In this document: positions 1 through 11,173 of the stretch, piece after piece | Layout: every line of letters starts with the position of its first letter | How positions within the stretch are numbered: the stretch's first letter is position 1 | DNA from: Cyanidioschyzon merolae | Taxonomy: Eukaryota | Length of the DNA stretch: 64,000 nt | Reading direction: 5' to 3' (one strand) | Assembly: GCA_000091205.1 (NCBI GenBank) | Contig: AP006500.2 | The notes under the pieces: generated by a model | Told to the model about the DNA's origin: nothing | The model's database searches: none | What the model saw: the letters and a program-made list of their open reading frames with translations, nothing else | Program-made: the position numbers and the translations under genes

Positions 1-659
1 ACTTACCGATCTTGATGTAGAGATATTGGATCGAATTGTGTTCCTATGAATGCCCAGAAACTACCCGTGACAAGCGAAGAGCACTCTGTTCCCCGAGAAA
101 CGCATGAAGAGGTTTCGCACGGCCCCAGACTAGTCCTTGCGTCGGGCGTAGAGGTGGGATCGATCTCGCGATGCTTTGGTACACTCTCTGGTGTATGCTT
201 GCTCGGCGGCAGCCGCGGTCACCGTGCGGGGGCAGCACGGCCTCGGGCACCTCGCGGACGTGCGCCGGAGGGCGCGGCGGGTTCCCTGTGTGGCCCCGCG
301 CGCTGCATGCGCCCGCATCGTTCCACGACCTTCCATCACCGGCCAGCGCTGTATAGCCGCATCCGTGCAGCATCTGTACGGTATCCGGGTGTGCATCTGT
401 TGAGAGCATCTGGGAAAGCATCCACGTGGCAGCGCAGCTGTCGACGCGCGTGCCTGCCCCTCCGCCGGAGCGTTCTCGAAGCTGGGCGATCACCAGAGCG
501 AGCGCGCATCGCGCACGCCACAATTCGATGACTCGAGATGCGCTCTCAGCGCTACTTGTCGCGCATAGAATGTTTGTGCCTCTAGCTCGATATACAGCAA
601 GTGCAAGACAGGAGCGGGCTTTTGCGTGTTCCAAGGCTCAACATTCGAGACGCGTATCC

Positions 660-1232
660 ATGTCGACTGGCAAGACTGTGCTTTATAGTGCGCCAAACTC
701 GCGCGGCGCTATGGTCGAGTGGTATATTCGATCGATCAAGGCGCCAGTAGAAGTTGTAAACCTGGATATGGGCAAGGGAGAACACAAGTCACCAGAATTT
801 CTTCGAGTGAACCCGTTTGGTAAGGTTCCAGCGTTGGAGGAGACCGGCCCAGAGCCCTGGTCATTGAACGAGTCGGGAGCGATTCTCTACTACCTCGCCG
901 AGAAGTATGACCGGAACTTCCCGAAGGACGCGCATCAAAGAGCTCAAATACTGCAGTGGATTCTGTTTGCGAATGCTACACTGGCGCAGACTGCTTTTAT
1001 GGAATCTCTCCGAGAGAAGCAGTTGCCTGGACTGCTTGCAGCTCTGGATCAGCACTTCAGCAAGCATACCTTTGCTGTAGGGGAGACGTTCACCGTTGCG
1101 GATGTAGCGTTGGGCTCCTATCTCGGCTATATTCCGATGTTTTTCCCTGGGAAAGTCGATATGACGCCGTACTCACACCTGAATGCGTACATGGAGCGGG
1201 TAAAAGAACGTCAGGCGGCCGCGAGTGCGTGA
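660..1232 (+). CDS. Glutathione S-transferase (theta/Ure2p-like cytosolic GST). ATG at 660 chosen; the ORF is open in frame back to 426.
   Basis: Translation MSTGKTVLYSAPNSRGAMVEWYIRSIKAPVEVVNLDMGKGEHKSPEFLRVNPFGKVPALEE...ESGAILYYLAEKYD shows the thioredoxin-like GST N-domain with the G-site motifs NPxGxVPxL and ESxAIxxYL. A helical C-domain follows. Length of about 190 aa fits a GST. Confidence 0.8.
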   Translation: MSTGKTVLYSAPNSRGAMVEWYIRSIKAPVEVVNLDMGKGEHKSPEFLRVNPFGKVPALEETGPEPWSLNESGAILYYLAEKYDRNFPKDAHQRAQILQWILFANATLAQTAFMESLREKQLPGLLAALDQHFSKHTFAVGETFTVADVALGSYLGYIPMFFPGKVDMTPYSHLNAYMERVKERQAAASA

Positions 1233-4200
1233 GAGCAGCTCAAGTTGAGTTTGGACGGTAGGTATGGCACCCAAGCGGCGCACGAAAATGCCAGCAAAGC
1301 GAGCGGGCGCGTATCGAACGGGTTCTATGGCTGGAGCCCGAAACGTTGCGGATGCGTTATGAGCCGCGGGCCGGGTACCTGCTGATTTTTTTTGGATGAA
1401 GGTAAGAAAGCATCAGAAGCGCAACGCGGCTCCTGATGTGCTACATGCTGATATGCGCAGGGAAAGTTTGGCGCACGCTTAACTTAATGTAAAGCATGAG
1501 GAGTAATTGAGGATGTTCTCGTTCTTCCCATTGCTCTTTGCGGCGACAAGGCAGACCTTCGAACGCGCTGAATGCTGCTGCTGTCGCTCAAGTGCTATAG
1601 TTCATGGATTCGTTGCGATGCTCGCGTCATTCCCGAAGCTTGGATACGCGCGCTCGTCTGCATGAGAGAAAGGCCTGGGAGCGTCTTCGAATACCACGTG
1701 ACCGTGTCATAGCAGCGGCTACAAATGGTTTTCTCTGACACCCAGCAGAAAGCGTAAAGAAAAGCAATGTCTCCCTAGCGACCGCAAAAGCGATGAACGC
1801 TTGCTCGCGGACGCGGAGAAGGATCTGCCCATGTCCGCGCGCCTGCCGCTAGGGTTTGCTGACTCGCCTTGCCAATGGCCTTCACTAGCAAGCTGCCGAG
1901 TTCAACGTTTGGTTTGCCTAACCATGGACCTCTGAGTTGCTTTGCGTGCGACCTACGCCAGACAGTAGCTCGCAACCTTAAGTGGTGTAACTGGCGATAG
2001 TACGCATTCTTGGTACATGCGCCACTAGAACCAGGTAGAGACCTCCATGAGAGCCTCGTCACTGCAGCTTGAACTGAGAACACTCCTATTCGATTTCGTT
2101 GGACCGCGGGATTGTCTAAACAAAGCACGAGATCCTCGACTGCGCGATGTTTAACGTCGCAGCAGTGAAGTACGGAGCACCCGCGCTAGCACGTCGTTCT
2201 TGTTTGATTTGATTTTCTCGCAGATATTCTTCACAAGGAATGCTTCCAGTATCTTCAAGAAAAGTCGCTGGGATGCTTTATACTGTCACAGCTGGCTTGC
2301 GAAAATTATCGGCCTCTTACAAGCAAGTTATTCCAAATTCAGTGGGTGGACAAACCTTCCGCCTCGTCGTGCATATGCACGCCGTCATGCGCCCAACGCA
2401 GAACTTTTCTTTAACTCTGTTTACACAACTGTATCTTCGTCAATCCATTCCATTCCGTACCTTGTCTTCGCGAGACTGCCAAAGAAGCCACGCGATGTGA
2501 AGTTCATGTTCCGTTGACTCGATCGCTGACGAACAAACACGGATGGACGAAAAAAAGCAGGCTTCAACCGGAAGCGTCCAGCGTTGAATACCACGCTATC
2601 GATATCGGGCGGAAACGCGGATGCGCATTTCATGGGTGACGGGCATTCGTCTCACTCGATGACACTTCACTCCGGAGATGTCGTCCACCGGTAGATGGGT
2701 ACACAAAGGGCAGCAAAACGCCGTTCGTGAAACTGAGACATGCAAGCATGACGACAACATCAGCCCTGGCCGCGGTTCGATCACATGGTTATCGACAATT
2801 CGAATAACGCGCAAGTTCCTACGAAACCTGATGCTTCGTCGAAGCACGCTTCGTGGCTTCTCACTGCGATACGCTTCCGTCCTACTCTTCGATAATGTGA
2901 CTTTCGATCGTTCAAAAACGGTCAACAAGTAAACAGGTGAGATTGGCACTGAGCGGCGCATCGAGCTAGCCTATTTTCCCTGGTTCAGTCCAGTCCACGA
3001 AGCCTTCTCTGTTGTCAAACGCCTCGTTTATGGCAACAGATTCATAGACGAGTCGTTCGCATCCGTGATCCCTTTCTTCGGAAAATCGTTCTGTACCTTT
3101 GTTAGCCCTGAGCTGCTGTGCAGGCGCTATGATCATGCACGGGAGAGAGAGAGAGCTTATGCACTTCGGTTCATGGGCGTGCTCGTGATGAAGAAAATGA
3201 CGAAAATGTCGGTAAGAAATAGGCGATACACGATTAGAGAAGGCTAGCTTCGGGAAAAACGTCCAGCCAGAGTTCCGAAGAAAGAACGGTTATGGAGTAC
3301 ATCAAATACTGTTACGCAACCCAGCCAGGTAAAGGAAGATGGGAAGACGGGGCTGGTCTCTGCGAGTAGATACGAAAGATGCGAACAACCTCACGAAAAG
3401 CATCTGCGATGCTCATTCAAGCTTCCTTGTTTACGGAGAAGAAATGAAAAGAAGTTTACCGGGAAGATGCGGATCGGCGACATGTCCATCTGCATGCACT
3501 TCATGAAACCTAGGCCTACATCGAGCAACGGAGCTTATTTCCATTCATTCAAGGCAAATGAAGAGCAAAACTTTGTGATGAGCATGTATCCCGGGTTCGA
3601 GGAGGTTACAGCGGCCGCCGAACCCTGAAATCATGCGCATGGATCAAAAGACGTCAATGGAAAGCAAGCCAAGCGGCTAAACGGTTTCAACATTGACTAG
3701 TATAGAGAGTCGGGCATGGCAGACGCCAGGACGCATACGAACAAGAGGAATGACGGCGTCGAAAGTTATCTCGACGTTCTGAGCACCGCATCGAGCATGG
3801 CGTTATGCTTTGTATGTCTCGTTCGGAGCGCATACAAGTGTCCAAGTTGCACGTGCGGACCGTGTTTCGTGGACATGGACAACACAGAGCTGGAGTCGCC
3901 AATGACGTGCATTAGACGGGGTATGAAATGTGCATCCACCAACTGGCTCAATATCCAGGGAGGGGATATAAAAGACGCATAGCATCGTTTGATGGTGATA
4001 GCAAATTGCACTGGACGTGCCGTGGTACGGAATGGGTGGACTCCTGCATTCTCGCCGATAGCGTACCACGAGTGCAGAAATCGGCTCTGCTCAATTCCCG
4101 TCGATGCGGTTACAGCGACATACACACGTCATGAGCACGGGTGAACGCTCTGACAGACACAGAAGAAGAGTTTGGAGCGGATCCGTGCGCTTGAGTTTTG

Positions 4201-5606
4201 TGCGAGGTGAGCCAACCGAGCATCCGATGCCGAGGCCATTAAAAATAAAAAGGCTCGCTATGGAGTTCTTCGATCGGCAACTATATCCGCGCAAGCACTT
4301 TCCGCACCAAAACGTGACCGCTCCGATTAACATTCGAAGATGTCTCGTACTTCAGAAGCGTCCGGTGGCTTTACGTCGAGCGATTTTCTTCGATGCAATC
4401 ATTCTGGACTTAGTGTAGGTATTGCGCTGAAATATACAAGACTTGCGTTGAAAAAATCAGTGGCCAAGAGCGCGAGCTTGGATTCCCGCCTGGAGCAACC
4501 CACAGGGGTGGCACGGTTCAGGAATCCAGCAAGGCTCCAGTACCGCGCACATCTTTCCACCTGAAACGATTTCTATGGACAGTCGGTAGACGATCATCAT
4601 ATTCCATTATTCGATATTCCTAGCAATAAAATCAGCTCGATGCGAATTGCTAGCCTATATAGGTGCACGCGAAAGTGAGCAGCGCTCTTTTGCAACCTCG
4701 CGCGTCTCGGATGCGTGCAGCGCCTCCGAAGTGACGGATTTCATGGACGCTCGTGACGTCCGATTTTTCCATGGACAAAACGTCTACATTGGCCAGCGTG
4801 CTCCGATTACGCGCTTTTATCTTCTTTCTTTTTTTCTGTGTTTTTTTGCAGTGCGCGGTGACGTCCGATCCGTTTCCGACACATGCTCAGATACGCCGCA
4901 ACTCAAACTCAGGGTAAATTATCTCATGAGCAGTATTCACTGGTAACTTTGAAAGATCACTTCCAGCCGTAACAGCTACCGCTTGAGAATACTGAGGCAA
5001 TCGCATTGCCAGCGGCATCTGGAGCTCAACGACGCCATCGCGTTGCCGATCCTGGAACTTGCCTCGCTCTCCGAGCACGCAAAAGTCGCTCCGTCTCCGT
5101 GCGAGGCACGCGCAGTGGCCGTCGATGCAGCGCCGTCGCAAGCGTCCACCACAGGCGCGCTGGGAACACCCATATCAGTAGTGGATCCCTCCAACTTCTA
5201 TTTCAAACAAGAGGCCCGTTCTACACCTTATGGAACGTACTGATCTTTAGAAAGCAAGGATAATCCTATTTTGGACTGCTGTTCGGCATGATGCATCCCC
5301 AGGGTGCTCCTTCAGATCGTCGACCTACCAGCGTCCAGCAGCGCTCGCGAGTACGCGGCAGTGTGCGCGCGCTTGACACGCGGCCCGCGACACGCATCGC
5401 GTTCGCCAACGAATCTGCATCCGCACCTGTCACGTGTACTGACGAGAAACGGGGCGGGTAGCAACGCCTTTGGACGGAGGGTTTGTGTTTGCTGCTCGTT
5501 GCAGCCGTTCTGGGTGCACTCAGTGACTACGTGACTGGAGCTGCGAGGTCTAGGTTGGGTGCTGACCTCGCAGTTGACTGCTCATCGACCGCTTTTTTTT
5601 TTGTAA

Positions 5607-7841
5607 ATGAGCGCACCCGTGGAGCGACTCGAGGAAATTGACGTGGCAGTTCAGCGGGCTGCGCAAGACTTTAGCCTTCGGGAGTTGCACTTCCACGCGC
5701 TGCCGGCGGTCTATCGGCAGGAACTGGAGGAGCAAGAAGGTGCGGTATCGCAGCGTGCGAGTGGTCCCAGGTGCAGCGTTGGTGTTGCGGTGAGCGGTGT
5801 GCCTGCAGAGGCGGCGGCGCGCAAACTCGCGCGCGACACCCGTGCGGACATCCTGCTTCGCGTTACGCTCGGTGAACCGCGCATTGGCTCTTTCCAAGCA
5901 ATAAGCTTGCGTCGCCAGAGACTGCGTACGAATTCGGAACTGGAGGTATTCCAATGGCTGGAGCGCCGTCTCGAAGGCCAGGGCCACGGCGTCGCGGATC
6001 CGAGCACAGGAAGCGCTGCGGATGGAGGCGCGCTCCTCTTCCGCATCACCGGCCCTGAAGGTGTGCAGCATGTATTTACAGGTTGGTCGAACGATTGGAT
6101 ACAGTGCACGGCGGTTTTTCATGCGAACTTTTTTGATGATCTAGACATGCTGGTGGACGTGCTCTGGAACCCGCCCGAAAACGGAACATCTGGAGGACAG
6201 GCCACCTCCACGAGCCAGTTTATCGGCAGAGCGGCCATCATGGCTTCAGAGCTCGTCGAGATGAAGGGTGTACTGCAGCGACCGTTGGTCAATGACGCGC
6301 ATAGCGTCATCGGTGAATTCCGGTGCGAATACTGTGTGATTAAGCCGTACGCGGGTACCTTGCCTCCGCGAATGGCACAGTTGCGTTTCAGTCTGAATGA
6401 AGGAATCAATGAGCGCAAGAAGATCCAACTTATCGGTCATCGCGGGGCTGGTAGTCAAAAAACGCGCAGCCGCGTCCAGGAAAATACGGTGTTGAGCTTT
6501 CTGACCGCGATACGCAAGGGCCTGGTGGATGCGATCGAGCTGGATGTGCAGTTGACCCGCGATCAAGTACCGGTCATTTACCATGATTTCTTCATCCGTT
6601 GCGTAGACGAGGACGACGTCGATGAGAGTGACGACGAGCGTTTTCGGACCGCGTGGAGCGCTTCACCCGTTCGCTCGGATCGCGGTGCGCGTCTCAACGA
6701 GAGCATGTTGAACGGCTCCCGGGTTTTGACGCGCTCATCACGGACTCCAGATGACAGTGCCGAAGACGTACACTGCACCTGTGAAACGGCCAACTTAGAG
6801 TATGCTTCGGAGCGTGACAGTTGCAGAGCGTCTGCAGTCTCGGCGAACAGCACACACCATGTTGCAGCAGCGGATGCAACGGCCCCGCCGTCGACGAACA
6901 CGCTGACGAATGCCTCGACGAGCGATCAGCCGCACTGTCTCCGGGATCATGCTCGGGCGAGTGGCAAGGCGAACCAACCGAAATCGAGGCGTTACGGAAC
7001 ACCTATTTATTCTCTAACGTACGAAGAGTTCAAGAGCGCGTGCCGCAGCATGCCCCGTTCGCGCAGCCGCGGCGGTAATCTCCGTGTCCACGGAACGACA
7101 CCGCAGAGAGAGCCGCGCTGGTCCGATGAGTGGTCGGATTTCACGCGGGTGGCATCATCGGACGGGAACCTGGGGTATCTGGTACGCCATTTCTCCGAGA
7201 GCAGTGAGCGCACCGATGACGCGAATCCTATCGCGATGATACGGGACAACGCGCTGCCGTCGCTGCGTCGCGTTCTTGATCGGGTTCCCGAGGAAATCAC
7301 GCTTCTTGTCGAAATCAAGTATCCAACACCAGAATTAATGAGAGAAACGTCGCTACCCTATCCGGAGCGCAATCACTTCATCGATCGCGTCCTCGAAGTC
7401 ATTTTCCAGAAGGGCAGCCTCAAGCGTCGCATTGTCTTTCTCAGCTTCGACCCGGATGTTTGTCTGATGGTTCGCAAGAAGCAAGCCATTTACCCGGTAT
7501 GCTTCCTGAATGCGGCTGGACGAAGCGCCATGAGTGAACATAGCGACCCGCGGGCACTTAGCGTAGCGAACGGCATCGCGTTTGCGGTCTGGGCCGGCCT
7601 CGACGGCATGGTGCTTCTGTGTGATCTGATTTTCGAAGAGCCTGGTATCGTTGAAATCATTCATTCCGCTGGACTCAAAGTTTACTGTTACGGGAGCTCT
7701 ACCGCCGAGCCTCATTACTGTGAACAGCTCATTCATTGGGGTGTCGACGGTATTATCGCCGATCGGGTCGGCTACATTGCACGAGCCTTGAACCCACTCT
7801 TCATGGCGAATGCGAATCCGGAAACGATCGAAACCGCGTAA
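5607..7841 (+). CDS. Glycerophosphodiester phosphodiesterase (GDPD) domain protein with a roughly 270-aa N-terminal extension and an acidic/low-complexity insertion.
   Basis: IQLIGHRGAGSQ...ENTVLSFLTAIRKGLVDAIELDVQLTRDQVPVIYHDFFI matches the GDPD catalytic HRG/E-x-D-V-x-L-T-x-D core. The C-terminal VYCYGSS...WGVDGIIADR matches the GDPD C-terminal strand. It is a single 744-aa ORF. A T10 run lies just 5' of the ATG. Confidence 0.85.
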   Translation: MSAPVERLEEIDVAVQRAAQDFSLRELHFHALPAVYRQELEEQEGAVSQRASGPRCSVGVAVSGVPAEAAARKLARDTRADILLRVTLGEPRIGSFQAISLRRQRLRTNSELEVFQWLERRLEGQGHGVADPSTGSAADGGALLFRITGPEGVQHVFTGWSNDWIQCTAVFHANFFDDLDMLVDVLWNPPENGTSGGQATSTSQFIGRAAIMASELVEMKGVLQRPLVNDAHSVIGEFRCEYCVIKPYAGTLPPRMAQLRFSLNEGINERKKIQLIGHRGAGSQKTRSRVQENTVLSFLTAIRKGLVDAIELDVQLTRDQVPVIYHDFFIRCVDEDDVDESDDERFRTAWSASPVRSDRGARLNESMLNGSRVLTRSSRTPDDSAEDVHCTCETANLEYASERDSCRASAVSANSTHHVAAADATAPPSTNTLTNASTSDQPHCLRDHARASGKANQPKSRRYGTPIYSLTYEEFKSACRSMPRSRSRGGNLRVHGTTPQREPRWSDEWSDFTRVASSDGNLGYLVRHFSESSERTDDANPIAMIRDNALPSLRRVLDRVPEEITLLVEIKYPTPELMRETSLPYPERNHFIDRVLEVIFQKGSLKRRIVFLSFDPDVCLMVRKKQAIYPVCFLNAAGRSAMSEHSDPRALSVANGIAFAVWAGLDGMVLLCDLIFEEPGIVEIIHSAGLKVYCYGSSTAEPHYCEQLIHWGVDGIIADRVGYIARALNPLFMANANPETIETA

Positions 7842-9088
7842 GCTATCAAGATGATTCACAGGGCCCAGTGCTGCGCAAAATCGGTCACCAATGCGAAACC
7901 GAAAGTGGGTTCAGAAGCAGCACCTGACCCGATGAGTGCGACACCGCGTCGGTACTGACGCAAGCACGACGTCTACACGCGAGCGACCGGCATGCCGGGC
8001 AACGGTGTTACGGTCGACAAGTCGCACCGTCGACGCACCCAAGGACGAGCGTCGTCGGCGCTTTGTGCCGTGCGTGCACGTTCGTGCGTCGTGAACTAGA
8101 GCGCCACCAGCATCAACGGTATCATCGGTATCACCTCGGGGCGATCATTTGCCTTGAAGCGACGCTTGGTCGTTTGCGTATGCCTCGAGACGCGATGTGT
8201 GCCGCGGTCCGACGTGTACGCAGTGCGGCAAGTACCGCAGCAGCATGACGACCTTACCAATACCATGCAGGATATCGCGAGCGCCGGACGATCGATGCTT
8301 TTGTGGATTTCGCTCCAACACTGTGGACAGTGGGATTTGGTGCACACGACGTGGGCGTCCATCGCTGGGGTCGGCAAAGGTGCCGATCACGCGCTTCGCC
8401 TTGTGATTTCGATGTATTGGGAAATGCTCCAGGCACAATGCCCGAACGATCGAACGAATGCTATACAGCACCAAGCGCTGCAGGGACCCAGACCAGACCG
8501 CAATGACAGGCAGGGCTATTTGTGATGGGCGAAGCTCGTCGTGATGCTAGCGGGGCGATTCTGGGGTCATCCAGCATGATATAAAATCATTTCAAAGAGC
8601 GCAGGGAACTCGCTCGTTCCGTGGGAGTGCGCATCTGAGTAATCCCGGATGCTGATGAAGCGACTTGTTCTGCTCTCGTGCTCGAACAGAAAGGTTACCA
8701 TTTCAGATACAGTGTGTAAACAACATCTCGAGCACCTGCGGTTACAAATGCGTTGTTTCGGACGCAGGTCTGCGTCGGTCTCGGAGGCATTCGTTTGGAG
8801 CTTGTGTCCGGGGCACGCGTTCCCGAAACGCTTTTGACACCGTCTGGCGCTGATCCGCTGTACCCTTTCTAGCATCGGATACGGATACAGTTGGCGATTT
8901 CACACGGGGAGCCGAATGTTGCACGGGCGTATCTCGAGGCCAGCAAGCATACTGCTATTACGCTTGCCCGTGTGGTGCGTCTGCGCGAATACCCTGGTGA
9001 TGGACCCGACCGTCCAGGTCTGTTCATGGTCCGACCGAGGCGCTCGATGACACAGGCCTCTCGAGTGCATTCCTCGGAGCTGCAGATT

Positions 9089-9799
9089 CTAGACAAACTT
9101 GGGAGACGGTCCCGCTGAATTGTCTCGGGCCGAATCTGAACCCTCATTCGTACCGGACTTTGCCTCTAATAAAAGCTGCGTACAACGAAACAGCGCAATG
9201 GGATGGTGGACGACCCCACGGGTCTCGGGTGTCGCTCGTGTGCGCACCTCAGCGTCCCATACTTGGGTAGTACGGCCGGCGTGCCGCAGCCATGCCTCTA
9301 CCTCCAAGTCACCGCTGAGGGCGGTACCAAGAAACTGGCTCGAGAGCTGCACGGTTGCAAAGTTAATACGGTTTGGCGGTAGGCTTATATAACAACCGTA
9401 TCCACATGCAGTGTCAGCAAGCGTGACGATGCTGCCTGCGTGGAGGTATCCGTTCGCTGCTAGCAACGAAGGCTGAATCGGCAGTGACGCGACGACACGA
9501 CCATACTCAACGTGGTCGATTCGGAAACCAACTAGCCGCGGTAGCCCCGTTACGCGCTCATTCAACAAGCCCACGAGTGACGCCCAGTCCTTTGGGGTAC
9601 GCTCACGAGTCCGTTGATCGGCGTTCTGGTGCTCGCCTGCGCGGTGGCTCTTCCGGCCTGAACCACTGGATGCAACTCGGCTCCGTGGTTGGCTCCAGCG
9701 TGACGATCGGCCTCGAGGCCGTTGCAGTTGAGCCAGAAGCGGTAGTCTCCAGAGCGATTCACCTACAGGCCGAGAAAGCATGGACCCGTGACACCACAC
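9089..9799 (-). CDS. Hotdog-fold thioesterase (PaaI/THEM2-like) with an N-terminal extension. Start codon uncertain.
   Basis: GYLHAGSIVTLADTACGYGC...TVQLSSQFLGTALSGDLEVEAWLRHAGRTTQVWDAEVR matches the PaaI/4HBT family signature (xLHGG..xTLADTAxG followed by the beta-sheet with GD...GR...xV). The N-terminal 80 residues are Arg/Ser-rich, targeting-like or disordered. Confidence 0.6.
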   Translation of the reverse strand: MWCHGSMLSRPVGESLWRLPLLAQLQRPRGRSSRWSQPRSRVASSGSGRKSHRAGEHQNADQRTRERTPKDWASLVGLLNERVTGLPRLVGFRIDHVEYGRVVASLPIQPSLLAANGYLHAGSIVTLADTACGYGCYISLPPNRINFATVQLSSQFLGTALSGDLEVEAWLRHAGRTTQVWDAEVRTRATPETRGVVHHPIALFRCTQLLLEAKSGTNEGSDSARDNSAGPSPKFV

Positions 9800-10885
9800 G
9801 CAGCGCTGCTGGAGCAGTACGCACCCTGTTTATCGCACACGATCGCTGCGTCTAACCAGACCCTGCCCGCTCCGATGGTTTTGTCGACAACCCGAGAACG
9901 AGACTAGCCCAGATACCCTACGATATTGAAACGGAAGCGTGTATATGTTTGTGTTTGCCGGTCAAGGGTAGCCAGGTTGCTAGCGATCAACGCGCTGCTC
10001 GAATGCTGATAATGAGCGCATCGTCAGCGATCCGCTGCTTCTTGCCGCAGGTGGTAAAGCGCACTTGCACAAGCACGAGCACTCGAATATTTCACCAACC
10101 ATATGTACTCGTTTGACACAACGTTTACATAAATCATGAATTCCCGATTGCGTGATGCATCTTGGCATTCGAGTGAGCACTGATCATGCTTCACATCTAC
10201 CTCCAGGTACCCGGATGGAAACTTGCTCTCGGATGCGCCAGCTGGTCGATGATTGTGCCTGCGCAGTCGCAGGGCCTGGGGCGAGGGCGTCTACCGGCGC
10301 CTCTGCAAGGCTGAGCTGGAGGTCCTCGCTCCGGGCACTAGACTTTGTTTCATGGAGGATCTCTGAATCTAGACAGGGATACCCGAGTCTGCCACTTTTT
10401 TATCTGTCTGTGTGGGAGCAATCAGCGATCCGTCGCCATTCGGTTGTGTTGCTCTTGTTTCAGCCCAGACTTGTGCTCCGGGATCATGGATATGGCGCAC
10501 GCTTGTCGCGCAGCGGCCTGGAAGGACACTGAGCGCACGAAGCGCCCTCAAAAGGTTCTCCGCATCGAAACGAGTGGATATGCGGTTCGAGCGATGCTGC
10601 AAGCGGGTTGTACATTGAGACATCTCGCTTGAGGCATCTGGGCTGACGCTCCTGGCGTTCATCGCCCAAACGGGGGAAACCAAGCCTCCGAGCAGAGACA
10701 CGTGCGTGCTGCGTATCGTTCACAAACCACGAATTGCACCGATCCGTCGCATTCTGGACGATAATGACGCCTCCAGTGGGCGCCTGCATACGGTTGCTGC
10801 GCGCTTTTCCAGGAGCCCGAGATACCTGCGAGGCGGAGGCGCTCGACAGAGCTACCCGATGTGCCGCAGCCTGGGGCGCGTTGGC

Positions 10886-10893
10886 GAGACCCG

Positions 10894-10932
<39 letters not shown>
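10886..10932. repeat. (GCT)n/(CTG)n trinucleotide microsatellite, about 15 units.
   Basis: Uninterrupted gctgctgctg... run. It generates poly-Leu/poly-Ala ORFs on the + strand and a poly-Ser ORF on the - strand with no other protein-like features. Confidence 0.95.
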
Positions 10933-10941
<9 letters not shown>

Positions 10942-11173
10942 GTGATCTAGGGGATACGTCCCCGTCTATCGGCTCGAACAGGTCACTTGTCAAGCGTCGA
11001 TATTTCCGTGGATGCACCAGTTGGCAGCGGCCGCGCAGATGCGCAAGATTCGATCCAGAGCGCATCCACGGGAATCGAAGCCTCAGCTGCATCCACCTCG
11101 CCGATGTGCACATGGAGTCTCATCGAAGGAAAAACATTTTTGTTGTTCATTCTGACTAGCACGAGACCATCCT

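Noticed and set aside
10484-11113. 209-aa minus-strand ORF with a poly-Ser run, and plus-strand poly-Ala/poly-Leu ORFs across 10706-11159.
   Set aside because: These are entirely products of translating the (GCT)15 microsatellite in different frames. Nothing else in them looks protein-like.
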